Assembly (NCBI GenBank): GCA_048885925.1
Contig: JBHLLG010000035.1
Location: 1-28,390 of the forward strand
DNA: 28,390 nt
Reading direction: 5' to 3'
Origin: Candidatus Hermodarchaeota archaeon
GTDB lineage: Archaea; Asgardarchaeota; Lokiarchaeia; Sigyniarchaeales; SOKP01
The notes under the pieces are model-generated. The model had not been told where the DNA came from. It saw nothing but the letters and a program-made list of their open reading frames with translations, and did no database searches. This document shows, one piece after another, positions 7,554-16,656 of the stretch; within the stretch, counting starts at the first letter, position 1, and each line of letters starts with the position of its first letter. The translations under genes and the position numbers were made by a program.

Positions 7554-8972
7554 TTATTTTGATAACAGAATTAAAATTAAATCATTTACATTACATCCAG
7601 TAGGGCCTGAAATAATTTCGGTTCCCACCTTCTTAAAAAAGCTATTTGAATCATTTTTATATAAAAATTTTTCTAAGCTGATATTTTCAGAAATAATTTG
7701 TTCTAAAACAAAATTATCAATCAATGCGCCCATTGCTTTACTATTTCCTTCAATTCCATCAAGATTAGCACCAATGACTAAAAATTTGTAATCAAATGTT
7801 ATATTTTTTATATTATTCAGAAAACTTAAAAGCATTTCCTGATTTCTCCCTCCAGTACCGTTTCCCTTAATAGTTACAGTTAATTCGCCAGTTCCGATTA
7901 AAGCAATTTTCTCTATAATGTTTTTATTAAAGAGTATGTCAACATTTTTTGAAATTATTCCAAAGAGTTCTTTTCCATATTCTTTAGCTTCACCAACTAT
8001 ATTATTTGAAAAATAGTTGACCTCGAATCCTTTTTTAAGTAAAAAAAGTCTAACTTCTTGAACTGCAGAATTTACACTCCCAATTAAATAATTATGAACA
8101 TTAAAAAAACAAGAATCTTTTGGCTTTGGATTTTCTAATTTTGGGTCAGATAATCCCCTTTCCAAGCATTTTTTTACCGAACTAGGAATTTTTCCTAAGA
8201 GGTTATATTTATTAATTATTTCTAAAGCATCCTCAAAAGTAGTTTTATCAGGTACAGTTGGTCCAGAAGCAATTGAGTCTAAATTATCTCCAACCACATC
8301 GGATATGATTAAAGTAATCAAAGTACATCCACTTAACTCATGTATTCTTTTTGCAAGATTACCTCCTTTAAAGTCTGATAGATGTTTTCTAATAGTATTA
8401 ATCTCATGTATTGTAGCTCCTGAAGATAAGAGTAAATAATTTATTTCTTGTAAATCTTCAAGTGAAACCCCATTTTTTGGTAATGTAAGTAAAGCAGAAC
8501 CTCCCCCTGAAATCAAGCAACATATTAAATCGTTTTTATTGGATTTTTCTACAATTTCTATCATTGATTTACTGCCGTTAAGACCAGCTTCATTTGGAAT
8601 AGGATGCGATGCGTAATTGACATTTAGTTTGCTTTTTTCAAAATTATGTTGTTTTTCAGTCCCTTCTAATATATTAATAATGCCTTCATATTCAATATCT
8701 TCTATATTTCTAAAAATTTCCTCAAGTGATAATGCCATTTCAGCGACAGCTTTTCCACCCCCAATTACATATATTTTATTATATTGATGTAAATTGTACT
8801 GGTCCTTTTCAATGTAAAACACATCATTTTCGACTTTAATTGCGTTTTGCAATAGATTTTTAGGTTTAACAGCTAAAATTGATTTTTCAAGTGCCTGAAG
8901 TCCAATTTCTCGTAAGGCTAATTGATTTTGCTCTAAGCTTTTTGAAAGAAGCTGTGAAGTATTTTTAATCAA
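7554..8972 (-). CDS. gckA: Glycerate 2-kinase, MOFRL/TtuD family
   Basis: VIGGGKA, ASHPIP, LISGGGSALL, GATIHEINTIRKHLSDFKGGNLA, IISDVVGD.LD.IASGPT, GE.TVT..G.G.GGRNQE, GPTGCNVNDL. Confidence 0.93.
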   Translation of the reverse strand: MIKNTSQLLSKSLEQNQLALREIGLQALEKSILAVKPKNLLQNAIKVENDVFYIEKDQYNLHQYNKIYVIGGGKAVAEMALSLEEIFRNIEDIEYEGIINILEGTEKQHNFEKSKLNVNYASHPIPNEAGLNGSKSMIEIVEKSNKNDLICCLISGGGSALLTLPKNGVSLEDLQEINYLLLSSGATIHEINTIRKHLSDFKGGNLAKRIHELSGCTLITLIISDVVGDNLDSIASGPTVPDKTTFEDALEIINKYNLLGKIPSSVKKCLERGLSDPKLENPKPKDSCFFNVHNYLIGSVNSAVQEVRLFLLKKGFEVNYFSNNIVGEAKEYGKELFGIISKNVDILFNKNIIEKIALIGTGELTVTIKGNGTGGRNQEMLLSFLNNIKNITFDYKFLVIGANLDGIEGNSKAMGALIDNFVLEQIISENISLEKFLYKNDSNSFFKKVGTEIISGPTGCNVNDLILILLSK

Positions 8973-9052
8973 GACAACACCTTAACTATTCCAAAATTTA
9001 TTCAATTTCAAAGCTTTTAAAATAGGTTTAAATCTAATCAATATTACTCTTT

Positions 9053-11104
9053 CTAACGGTTAATATACTTAATTTTAAAGGAAGCCAGTTTTCCGTTTTT
9101 AACGACTAACTCCCTATAACCACCTGCAGTTTCAGGATTTCTATAACTGCCAAGTCCTAATGCAGGCGTTTGAACTATAAAGGGTTCATTATTTTCTATA
9201 GATTTAATATCATCAAACATTTCTGAATACTCATCATAATATATTGCTGCGGGATTTTCAATTTTTTTTAGCCTGAATGGAGGAGCATCATAAACAATCG
9301 ATTTTTCCTCGGTATCTTCTAACCTAAACTCTTTTGAATCATGAGTATGTCCAGCAAGCGTTAATATACAGTAATTTTTACAAAATTCAAGAAGTTTCTC
9401 CCAATTTGATGAAATACAACCATATTTCATATTGAAAATTCCATCAATACGTGCCTTAGAAAGTAATTTCCCTGCTTTTTTTAGTAGTGATTCCTTAAAT
9501 TCACTAATCTTATGTTTGATAAATAATCCTCCTTGTTTATCAAATAATTTAATACTTAGCTTTTTACCCCCAGTATTCAATGGAGGTCCATGTAAAAATA
9601 GATAGGTATTTGCATTTTCATTTATTTGATGATTTATCAGATTTTCTAGATATTTTATTTGTTTAGTCGAAAGTCCTGTAACAGAGGGATGTCCAGTTAT
9701 TAGATCTCTAATATTTGCAAAAGAATCAGAACCCGAGTTCAAAACAATGAATAAATTATTACCAAGTCGAATAGAGAAATCAAAAAAAGAATTTATTTCA
9801 GATAAGTATCCATTCAAAGCTAATGAAGTTTTTGTCAATGCAGTAATAGGTGAAGCAGAAAATAATTCATTCAAGGCAATCGCTTCTGATGCATTTAATC
9901 CTATCTTCTTATACATCTCTGCCCATGTTAGATCGTAATGAAAAGGTCGATAATCATGATTTCCTAAGGTTGTAAACACTGGACAATTTAATTCTTCACC
10001 TCTTACGATTCCTTTGTTTTTTTCTTCTGAAGATAAATTCAGAATTATACTTTTAAAAATCTTCCAATTGCTATCTTCATATTTAAATTGATTTGATTTA
10101 CGGAGCTTTTTTGACAATCGACTTAATACTGCAAAATCAACAAGGTCTCCTGTAAATACTATGAAATCCAATTCATTTCTTAATACCTTCCTATTCATTA
10201 GTTTAATAAATCTCCTAAATTGATTGTTTGGATTTATCAAACGCTTCCTTAAAGGGATTTTAGCATCAGATAAAATCTCTTCTTTTTTTTCTGGCTTTTT
10301 TTTAATTTTCAGTTTTTTCCAAAAGGTTTCAAAAAAATTTTCAACATTCTCTTTAATTGAAGATTCTGTCCATTTCTTTATAATTCCATAAATTCTGTCA
10401 TTCCTCTCAGCTAAATGTAAATCTGTAGCGTGGATAAACGTGAAATCTTTCCATTTTTGTTTAGAAATCACAATTGAATGATAATTTATCCGATCATTAA
10501 GACAATGTATATCAAACATAACGAAATTTCGTTCCTGTAAAAATTTAAGAACTTCTTTATCAATTGTAAATTCAATAGATACCTTATAGAATCTATTTAG
10601 TTCTCCAAATACCTTGTTCTTAATTAGGATCTCTTGAGGGTTTAAATCTGTTATATATGACATATTATGAATAGAAGTTATAGATGATTTTTCCACATTT
10701 ATTACTTTAGCGGAAATTGGTTTACCTCTATAAAGTCGAGATTTTAGAGTTTTAAGCATTTCAAAACTGAGGTCTTTTTCTTTTATGAGATCTAACTTAT
10801 TTTTAAGAATTTTCATCCTTTTTTTTCTGCGCCTTTTCTCCCTCCATTTTGAAAATAGCCCTTTTGGTTTTTTGACAAAAATTAATTGATAGGACCATTT
10901 ATAGTCAAATAAGGGAATTAATGATATATTCATTTCAATAGAACTTTTAAAACTGTTTAGATCGGAAGATTCACTAATAAAAAGCAGATGAGTCTGAAAC
11001 TTTCTTTTTTTAAGCTTACTATCTATTTCTAAAAATGACGGAAATCCTAAATTTGGATTAATTAAAAATGATTTTTCTATTTTTTCTGCTTGTATTCCAC
11101 TCAA
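9053..11104 (-). CDS. Large calcineurin-like metallophosphoesterase (683 aa)
   Basis: Metal-binding motifs in order: HATDLH, FTGDLVD, LGNHDY, FLHGPP, LAGHTH. Confidence 0.85.
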   Translation of the reverse strand: MSGIQAEKIEKSFLINPNLGFPSFLEIDSKLKKRKFQTHLLFISESSDLNSFKSSIEMNISLIPLFDYKWSYQLIFVKKPKGLFSKWREKRRRKKRMKILKNKLDLIKEKDLSFEMLKTLKSRLYRGKPISAKVINVEKSSITSIHNMSYITDLNPQEILIKNKVFGELNRFYKVSIEFTIDKEVLKFLQERNFVMFDIHCLNDRINYHSIVISKQKWKDFTFIHATDLHLAERNDRIYGIIKKWTESSIKENVENFFETFWKKLKIKKKPEKKEEILSDAKIPLRKRLINPNNQFRRFIKLMNRKVLRNELDFIVFTGDLVDFAVLSRLSKKLRKSNQFKYEDSNWKIFKSIILNLSSEEKNKGIVRGEELNCPVFTTLGNHDYRPFHYDLTWAEMYKKIGLNASEAIALNELFSASPITALTKTSLALNGYLSEINSFFDFSIRLGNNLFIVLNSGSDSFANIRDLITGHPSVTGLSTKQIKYLENLINHQINENANTYLFLHGPPLNTGGKKLSIKLFDKQGGLFIKHKISEFKESLLKKAGKLLSKARIDGIFNMKYGCISSNWEKLLEFCKNYCILTLAGHTHDSKEFRLEDTEEKSIVYDAPPFRLKKIENPAAIYYDEYSEMFDDIKSIENNEPFIVQTPALGLGSYRNPETAGGYRELVVKNGKLASFKIKYINR

Positions 11105-11475
11105 TTTTAAAAAAACACCGATATATTAAAGTAAATGAATTTGGCTTTTAATTTTTATTTTTACTTATAAAGCTTTTTTATATCTAGGTTTTTATATTTT
11201 TATCGGTTATATTCCACATTTTATTGAAGCTGAAATTATGGTAAATATATTTTCAAGTTTACATGCATTAGTTATATCTATGCAAGGATTAAGTCCACCA
11301 CCTTCTCTAGCATTTTTAAACTTCTTTTTAACCTTTGAGAAAGGGTAATTTTGATTAAAAAAGTAATAAAAACTAATTTATATAATAATGGATCATTAGT
11401 TAATATAAAATATATCTAATTTCCGAAAAGAAAAAAGAAATTATTAGTTTCTCGCCAATTAAATAAGATTTGTAG

Positions 11476-13155
11476 TTGAACAATATGACAAATAGTAAAA
11501 ATTGTCCCCATTCAAGGAAAAAATATAAAATACAGAGCAGAGGTTTGTGGAAACTTGGTTTTATTGCAGTTTTGAGCGCAATTTGGATCATCCTCAGAAC
11601 AGGTAAAAAACCTACAAGAATTGTATATCCATGTCAACAAGTTGCAGTCGCTAATATAAAGGTATTTCGTTTTGCTCTATTGGACCCTATCCCCCTCACC
11701 CTCATATCGTTCCGGACATCGACGAAATATGTAAAACCCATGCTCATTTTATCCACTTTATTGGTCAGTTCTGTCTTTCTTCTAAATAACCCATCTATCC
11801 TTGGTTTCAATACTTTTTCTGAAAATAGAACTCGTGTTCCTCTCACATTACCAGCACAGAGTGCACTCGTGTCTAATGCGTCAGATTTGTTCTTTGTTCA
11901 GAATGCTTCAGGGAGGAAAGGAAATATGGACCGAGCTGTCTCATCCCTTATCGAACTTATGGAAGCCCAAGATCTATATTTCTACAAGAATGCGACAGTG
12001 AGTTCTGGATTGATAGGGAGTAATGATGTAGTAATCCTAAAAGTGAATGGGCAATGGCCCTATAATGGTGGAACAAATACTGACCTAGTAAAAAGCGTAA
12101 TTAATGCGATATTAGATCATCCTGATGGCTTTACTGGAGAAATAATAATCGCTGATAACGGACAGGGAAGAGGAAGCATGGATCGTGCTCAAACAAACTC
12201 ATATTACCACGATCAATCATTTGTCGATGTAGCTGAGAAGTTTGACACCTATCACGTGTCAACATTTCTGTGGGACACTTTAAGGAGTAATACTGTCAAC
12301 GATTATGATGACGGTGATTTCTCAAATGGTTATGTTCGAAACTTGACTTGGAACTCGGATACAAATATTTATGTATCCTATCCCAAGTTCACAACTAATT
12401 ATGGTACATACGTTAGTTTCAAAAAGGGCATATGGGACAATACAACTGGTTTCGATTCGGATCGACTGAAGATCATTAATATGCCAGTCCTCAAGTCACA
12501 CATGCGGTATGGCGTGACTGGTTGTATCAAGCATTACATGGGAGTTCCACAAGGGTATAGAGCTCCGACGGTACACCCAACTATTCCGCATGAACACTTT
12601 TCAATCGCAAACGGAGGGATGGCAACTCTGATGATAGAGACACGGGCCCCAATATTGAACATCCTTGATATGATTTGGATCAACGCCAATCCCTTGGAGA
12701 GTTCTATAAGGGTTGGACCTTATGGCAACTATGAATATACAAGATTTACTGACATCATTGGTGCAAGCCAAGATCCTGTGGCATTAGATTATTGGGTATC
12801 AAAGAACATCCTCATCCCTACTGCTATGTTGGACTATGATACCTATTCATCATTAGACCCTGATTATGAACCGCTAAGTACACCATATGGTGTTGGTTTT
12901 GAGCCAATGGATGAGTCGTTTCATAACTATTTAAGGAGATCAAAGGATATATTGTTCAATGCTGGTCTGCAAGTCACTATGAATCAAACCGAAATGAACG
13001 TATTTATAACAGAACTAGAAGGAATAGATCTCTCTAATGGTCTAGATCCTTTAGTTATTGCAATGGCTGTTACCCTCCCTGTCTCAGCTGGAATAGTTGT
13101 CATTTTAGTTGTATTCCTAAAACGTAGAAAGAAGCTCAAAATGAGGCCAATATAA
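11476..13155 (+). CDS. DUF362-domain protein with N-terminal and C-terminal transmembrane segments
   Basis: VILKVN, GGTNTDLVKSVI, INMPVLKSH..GVTGCIKHYMG, ASQDPVALD. N-terminal hydrophobic helices flank RTGKKPTRIVYPCQ. C-terminal hydrophobic helix plus KRRKK tail. Confidence 0.8.
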   Translation: MNNMTNSKNCPHSRKKYKIQSRGLWKLGFIAVLSAIWIILRTGKKPTRIVYPCQQVAVANIKVFRFALLDPIPLTLISFRTSTKYVKPMLILSTLLVSSVFLLNNPSILGFNTFSENRTRVPLTLPAQSALVSNASDLFFVQNASGRKGNMDRAVSSLIELMEAQDLYFYKNATVSSGLIGSNDVVILKVNGQWPYNGGTNTDLVKSVINAILDHPDGFTGEIIIADNGQGRGSMDRAQTNSYYHDQSFVDVAEKFDTYHVSTFLWDTLRSNTVNDYDDGDFSNGYVRNLTWNSDTNIYVSYPKFTTNYGTYVSFKKGIWDNTTGFDSDRLKIINMPVLKSHMRYGVTGCIKHYMGVPQGYRAPTVHPTIPHEHFSIANGGMATLMIETRAPILNILDMIWINANPLESSIRVGPYGNYEYTRFTDIIGASQDPVALDYWVSKNILIPTAMLDYDTYSSLDPDYEPLSTPYGVGFEPMDESFHNYLRRSKDILFNAGLQVTMNQTEMNVFITELEGIDLSNGLDPLVIAMAVTLPVSAGIVVILVVFLKRRKKLKMRPI

Positions 13156-13175
13156 GGTTCAGTAAAAGCATTTAA

Positions 13176-13427
13176 GCTAATTATAGCAGATATTTCAATC
13201 AGCAGTTTCATGCTTCTGCTGAACCTGTTAAAAAGATCAAATTGGAGCAAAGTAATAATAATATCATTACGAACAATAGAGTTTTCAACACTTTTGATGA
13301 ATAACAAAAATATATTACCAGTAATAACACTGAAGAATTTCCTTTACTCTCCTTTATTTCAATATGTAGCCTCTGTGGAGTATTAATTATTGTAATTACG
13401 AAAACTGTTGTTATGAAGAAAAGTTAA
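13176..13427 (+). pseudogene. Remnant of the 3' end of a membrane-anchored surface (beta-helix/NosD-like) protein gene
   Basis: One frame reads ...IKLEQSNNNIITNNRVFNTFDE*(13302-13304)QKYITSNNTEEFPLLSFISICSLCGVLIIVITKTVVMKKS*. It has a beta-helix-like unit, a hydrophobic helix and a basic tail, but no start codon and one internal stop. Confidence 0.45.
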
Positions 13428-13511
13428 AAGTTATTTAGGTGAGAGATTAACAATTTTCGCAGACTGAATGCCTAGATTTGCTAGATATATCATCTCAGAG
13501 AGGAGTGTTCC

Positions 13512-13784
13512 CTAATCCCCAGCTAAGTTCAAAAATATTACATTATCACCACGTACAACAATGCTACCTAGGTTTTCATGTTCTTCACGAATATTGCCTT
13601 CATCATCCTGAAACTCGAAGATTTGACTGGTTTCTTCTAAAAAAAGATTAAGATGTTCATCAAATCCACCAAGGCGTCCTCTGAACAATCGATTTCGCTT
13701 TACTTTAATAAGGATTATTTTATTTACAGAATCCTTTAGATAATCAATTGGACGATTAGATCTAGTATAAGCTTCTCGTGACAT
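13512..13784 (-). CDS. Sm/Lsm-family RNA-binding protein (SmAP)
   Basis: Sm1 motif RPIDYL...IKVK..RLFRGRLGGFDEHLNLFL and Sm2 motif LGSIVVRGDNVIFL. Confidence 0.95.
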   Translation of the reverse strand: MSREAYTRSNRPIDYLKDSVNKIILIKVKRNRLFRGRLGGFDEHLNLFLEETSQIFEFQDDEGNIREEHENLGSIVVRGDNVIFLNLAGD

Positions 13785-13988
13785 TATTTTAAAATCTCAA
13801 AAAAAACAATTGTTAATAATAAAATATTTATAATTACAATTAAATAGCTATGAATTAAAACCTTTTGTTTCTTTTTATAGTTCTATTCATATAAACTCAA
13901 ATAAAAACTAATGAAAAAATCGTTGAGAGAATAACTAGCTGATAAAGACAGAGAATTGTATTTATTTAACTTTTTATGTTATTCTATC

Positions 13989-13995
13989 TTTATAA
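13989..13995 (+). promoter_or_regulatory. Probable TATA box of tRNA-Arg
   Basis: TTTATAA ending 26 nt upstream of the mature tRNA 5' end; the AT-rich background lowers specificity. Confidence 0.45.
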
Positions 13996-14020
13996 CATTA
14001 TACAAAAAGTTATTGATAAT

Positions 14021-14095
14021 AGGCCCGTGGCCCAGACTGGATAAGGCGGCAGCCTCCTAAGCTGAAGATCGGGGGTTCAAATCCCCCCGGGCCTG
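14021..14095 (+). tRNA. tRNA-Arg(CCU), intronless, CCA not encoded
   Basis: Acceptor stem AGGCCCG(14021-27)/CGGGCCT(14088-94), D-loop with GG, anticodon loop CTCCTAA (CCT at 14056-58), T arm GGGGG-TTCAAAT-CCCCC, discriminator G. Confidence 0.96.
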
Positions 14096-14148
14096 TTATT
14101 TCTTGTTTTCGAAACTTTTTATATAATATCTTTTTTTTATTTGAACTT

Positions 14149-14427
14149 TTAAAATACTTTTTCAGAGTATAATTTTAATCTAGTTCCAAATTTAGTTATG
14201 ATATCTTCTAAGGATGAGTTTAAATCAGCAATTCCTATCATCTTTCCCTCCTCATTGGTGATGTAAACATCTTTTTGTTTTAATTTTAATTCTTTTAGAA
14301 TATTGTTGTAGAATTCTTTGAAATGTCTCTGTAAATTCTTTAATATTAAAGGAATTTCTACTTCTTCTCCACTTTGTACAATCTTAATTAGAAAGATTGG
14401 TTTTTCTCGACGATGATCATCATTCAT
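14149..14427 (-). CDS. Small putative beta-grasp (Ufm1-like) protein lacking a C-terminal Gly
   Basis: IFLIKIV..EVEIPL..HFKEFYNNILKELKL..DVYITNEEGKMI...SLEDIITKFGTRLKLY..KVF follows the ubiquitin-like element order. Similarity to Ufm1 judged by eye. Confidence 0.55.
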   Translation of the reverse strand: MNDDHRREKPIFLIKIVQSGEEVEIPLILKNLQRHFKEFYNNILKELKLKQKDVYITNEEGKMIGIADLNSSLEDIITKFGTRLKLYSEKVF

Positions 14428-14612
14428 TTCTAATTAACACAAAATATTACAGATTCAAAAAGATTTTAGTTTAAATTTAAAAAAAATCCTTTCATATTGC
14501 GTTTCGTTTAAAAAAGGAGCGTTAGAACTCGCGGTACATATCGGAATTAAAAATATTAGAGATAAGTTATAAATAATGGGCAAACCCAATCATATAATGC
14601 CAAAAAATATAG

Positions 14613-16352
14613 GTGAAAAATTTGCCAAAAAGAATTTTAAGAGTAAATATGACTAATCTTGAAGCTAAATTTGAAGATTTACCAGAGGATTACAAGACAT
14701 TAGGTGGACGTGGCATGACTTCAGTTATTGTTTCTAAAGAAGTACCGCCAACATGCAATCCTTTAGGACCTCATAATAAATTAATACTTGCTCCAGGAAT
14801 AGTTACAGGGACTGATGCTCCCTCAAGTGGAAGAATTTCTGTTGGTGGAAAATCTCCACTGACTGGAGGGATAAAGGAAGCTAATGCAGGGTCACCATTT
14901 GCTCAAATGTTAGCCAGAATGCGAATAGGAGCTATTATAGTAGAAGGTAAGCACAAAGGTGATGATAACTACCTCCTAAAAGTATCTATGGATGGTGGAG
15001 AATTCATTAATGCCAATAAATGGGCTGGAAAAGGATTATATGGCGTTTATAAAGATCTATTCAAAGAATATGGTAACAAGGTAGGGATATGTAGTGTTGG
15101 AGTAACCGCTGAACTCCTCGGAGCTATGTCAGGAGTTTGTTTTAATGATCCTGAAGGATTACCTAGCAGATATGCTGGAAGAGGTGGCTTAGGTGCTGTA
15201 ATGGCTTCTAAAGGCCTCAAATTTATTGTAGTTGACGAAACTGGTGCTCCGGGAGTAGAAATAGCAAATGAAGAAGTATTTAGAGCGGGTATAAAAAAAT
15301 TAAGAGATGCTCTTACTACTCATGATATTACAAAACCAGAAGGAGCTCTCAATTCTTATGGTACATCTGTATTAGTAAATATCATTAATGAAGCAGGAGG
15401 TTTACCTCAAAGAAACTTTTCTGCTGGACAAGACGATCGAGCTGAAAACGTTTCTGGTGAAGCTAAGGCTGAAATAATTAAAAAAAGAGGCGGAGTTAGG
15501 CCACACTTTTGTAATCCTGGTTGCATTATACAGTGTTCAGAAATCTGGGTAAAACCGGGTGGAAAAGATCCAGTAGGAGTCCTTGAATATGAAAGTGTTT
15601 GGGCACTTGGACCAAATTGTGGGATCTATGATTTAGATGATATTGGTGAGTTAAACCGTGCTTGTAACGATCTTGGATGTGATACTATAGAAGCGGGGGA
15701 TACAATAGCAGTAGCCATGGAAGGAGGATTGATCAATTTTGGAGATGGAAAGGGAGCGATTAAACTCATGGATGAAATTCGCAAAAAAACACCAATAGGA
15801 AAGATTTTAGCTAATGGAACAGAGATTACTGGTAAAGTTTTAGGTGTTACAAGAATACCAACAGTGAAGGGCCAAGGATTACCTGCATATGATCCAAGAG
15901 CGATCAAAGGAATAGGTGTAACGTATGCTACAACACCTATGGGTGCTGATCATACAGCGGGATATGCTATTGCACCAGAAATATTAGGAGTAGGTGGAAC
16001 ATTAGATCCAATGGATCCTAAAAAAGCTGAAGTCTCGCGAAATCTACAATTAGCAACTGCAGCTGTTGATGCCACAGGATATTGTCTTTTCATTGCATTT
16101 GCAGTACTTGATATTCCTGAGGGATTAGAGGGTGTTATGGAATCTTTAAATGGAGTTTTAGGAACTAATTTGACTGTCGATGATGTTGCGCCAATAGGGA
16201 AGTCAATTGTTGACGTAGAACTTGAATTTAACAAAAAAGCAGGATTTACACCGATGCATGATAGACTCCCAGAGATGTTTCTTGATGAAAAACTCCCACC
16301 GCATAATACAGTATTTGATGTGTCGGATTCGGATTTAGATAGCGTGTTTTAG
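14613..16352 (+). CDS. aor: Tungsten-type aldehyde:ferredoxin oxidoreductase (probable true start TTG at 14622)
   Basis: ILRVNM, LGGRG, KSPLTGGIKEANAG, AGRGGLGAVMASKGLK, Cys cluster CNPGCIIQC, EYES, CNDLGCDTI, AYDPR, GADH, GYCLF, DRLP. Confidence 0.93.
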   Translation: MKNLPKRILRVNMTNLEAKFEDLPEDYKTLGGRGMTSVIVSKEVPPTCNPLGPHNKLILAPGIVTGTDAPSSGRISVGGKSPLTGGIKEANAGSPFAQMLARMRIGAIIVEGKHKGDDNYLLKVSMDGGEFINANKWAGKGLYGVYKDLFKEYGNKVGICSVGVTAELLGAMSGVCFNDPEGLPSRYAGRGGLGAVMASKGLKFIVVDETGAPGVEIANEEVFRAGIKKLRDALTTHDITKPEGALNSYGTSVLVNIINEAGGLPQRNFSAGQDDRAENVSGEAKAEIIKKRGGVRPHFCNPGCIIQCSEIWVKPGGKDPVGVLEYESVWALGPNCGIYDLDDIGELNRACNDLGCDTIEAGDTIAVAMEGGLINFGDGKGAIKLMDEIRKKTPIGKILANGTEITGKVLGVTRIPTVKGQGLPAYDPRAIKGIGVTYATTPMGADHTAGYAIAPEILGVGGTLDPMDPKKAEVSRNLQLATAAVDATGYCLFIAFAVLDIPEGLEGVMESLNGVLGTNLTVDDVAPIGKSIVDVELEFNKKAGFTPMHDRLPEMFLDEKLPPHNTVFDVSDSDLDSVF

Positions 16353-16371
16353 TTTAGAAGATTAGATAAAA

Positions 16372-16656
16372 ATGTCGATTAATTTAAAACTATTTGGGGA
16401 TTTAAGAAGAAAAGCAGATCCAAATATATCAGGAACCTTACCGTTACGGTTAGAGATTAATAATACTGATATAAAATGGGTAGCAGATATACTTAGAGAG
16501 TTTTTGATTGAAGATAATGAAGTGAGTCACATTTTTGTAAATGGAATATATGCAGGACTTACAAAAAGTGTAAAACCTGGAGATACTGTTTCATTATTTC
16601 CACGAAATATGGGATTATTATATAAATGGTATTTTAAGCGAGAAGAGGATGAATAA
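16372..16656 (+). CDS. MoaD/ThiS-like beta-grasp protein without a C-terminal GG
   Basis: INLKLFGDLR ... IFVNG ... VKPGDTVSLFP, then an extension RNMGLLYKWYFKREEDE in place of GG. Confidence 0.75.
   Translation: MSINLKLFGDLRRKADPNISGTLPLRLEINNTDIKWVADILREFLIEDNEVSHIFVNGIYAGLTKSVKPGDTVSLFPRNMGLLYKWYFKREEDE

Noticed and set aside
11205-11380. Short stop-free minus-strand frame (…KNAREGGGLNPCIDITNACKL…) in the intergenic region
   Set aside because: No start codon and no recognisable family; cannot distinguish it from chance.
13465-13492. Imperfect hairpin downstream of the Sm gene as a SECIS element or C/D-box sRNA
   Set aside because: On the minus strand AUGA is followed by a stem and AAA, but the 3' side pairs Watson-Crick (UCA) rather than forming the GA/GA quartet. 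No Sec-type TGA is present in the Sm gene and no convincing C and D box pair is seen.
13512-13784. Functional link between the Sm/Lsm gene and the mRNA introns
   Set aside because: They are 13 kb apart, and BHB splicing relies on EndA/RtcB, not Sm proteins. Nothing in the sequence links them.
14021-14095. tRNA-Arg as an integration site or intron-containing tRNA
   Set aside because: No duplicated tRNA 3' end, integrase or transposase was seen in the window, and the cloverleaf is complete with no insert.
14499-14522. Possible hairpin GCGTTTC...GGAGCGT upstream of aor as a riboswitch-like element
   Set aside because: It depends on several G-U pairs, lies upstream of the likely TATA-like sequence, and does not match a Moco/Wco riboswitch pattern I can recognise.
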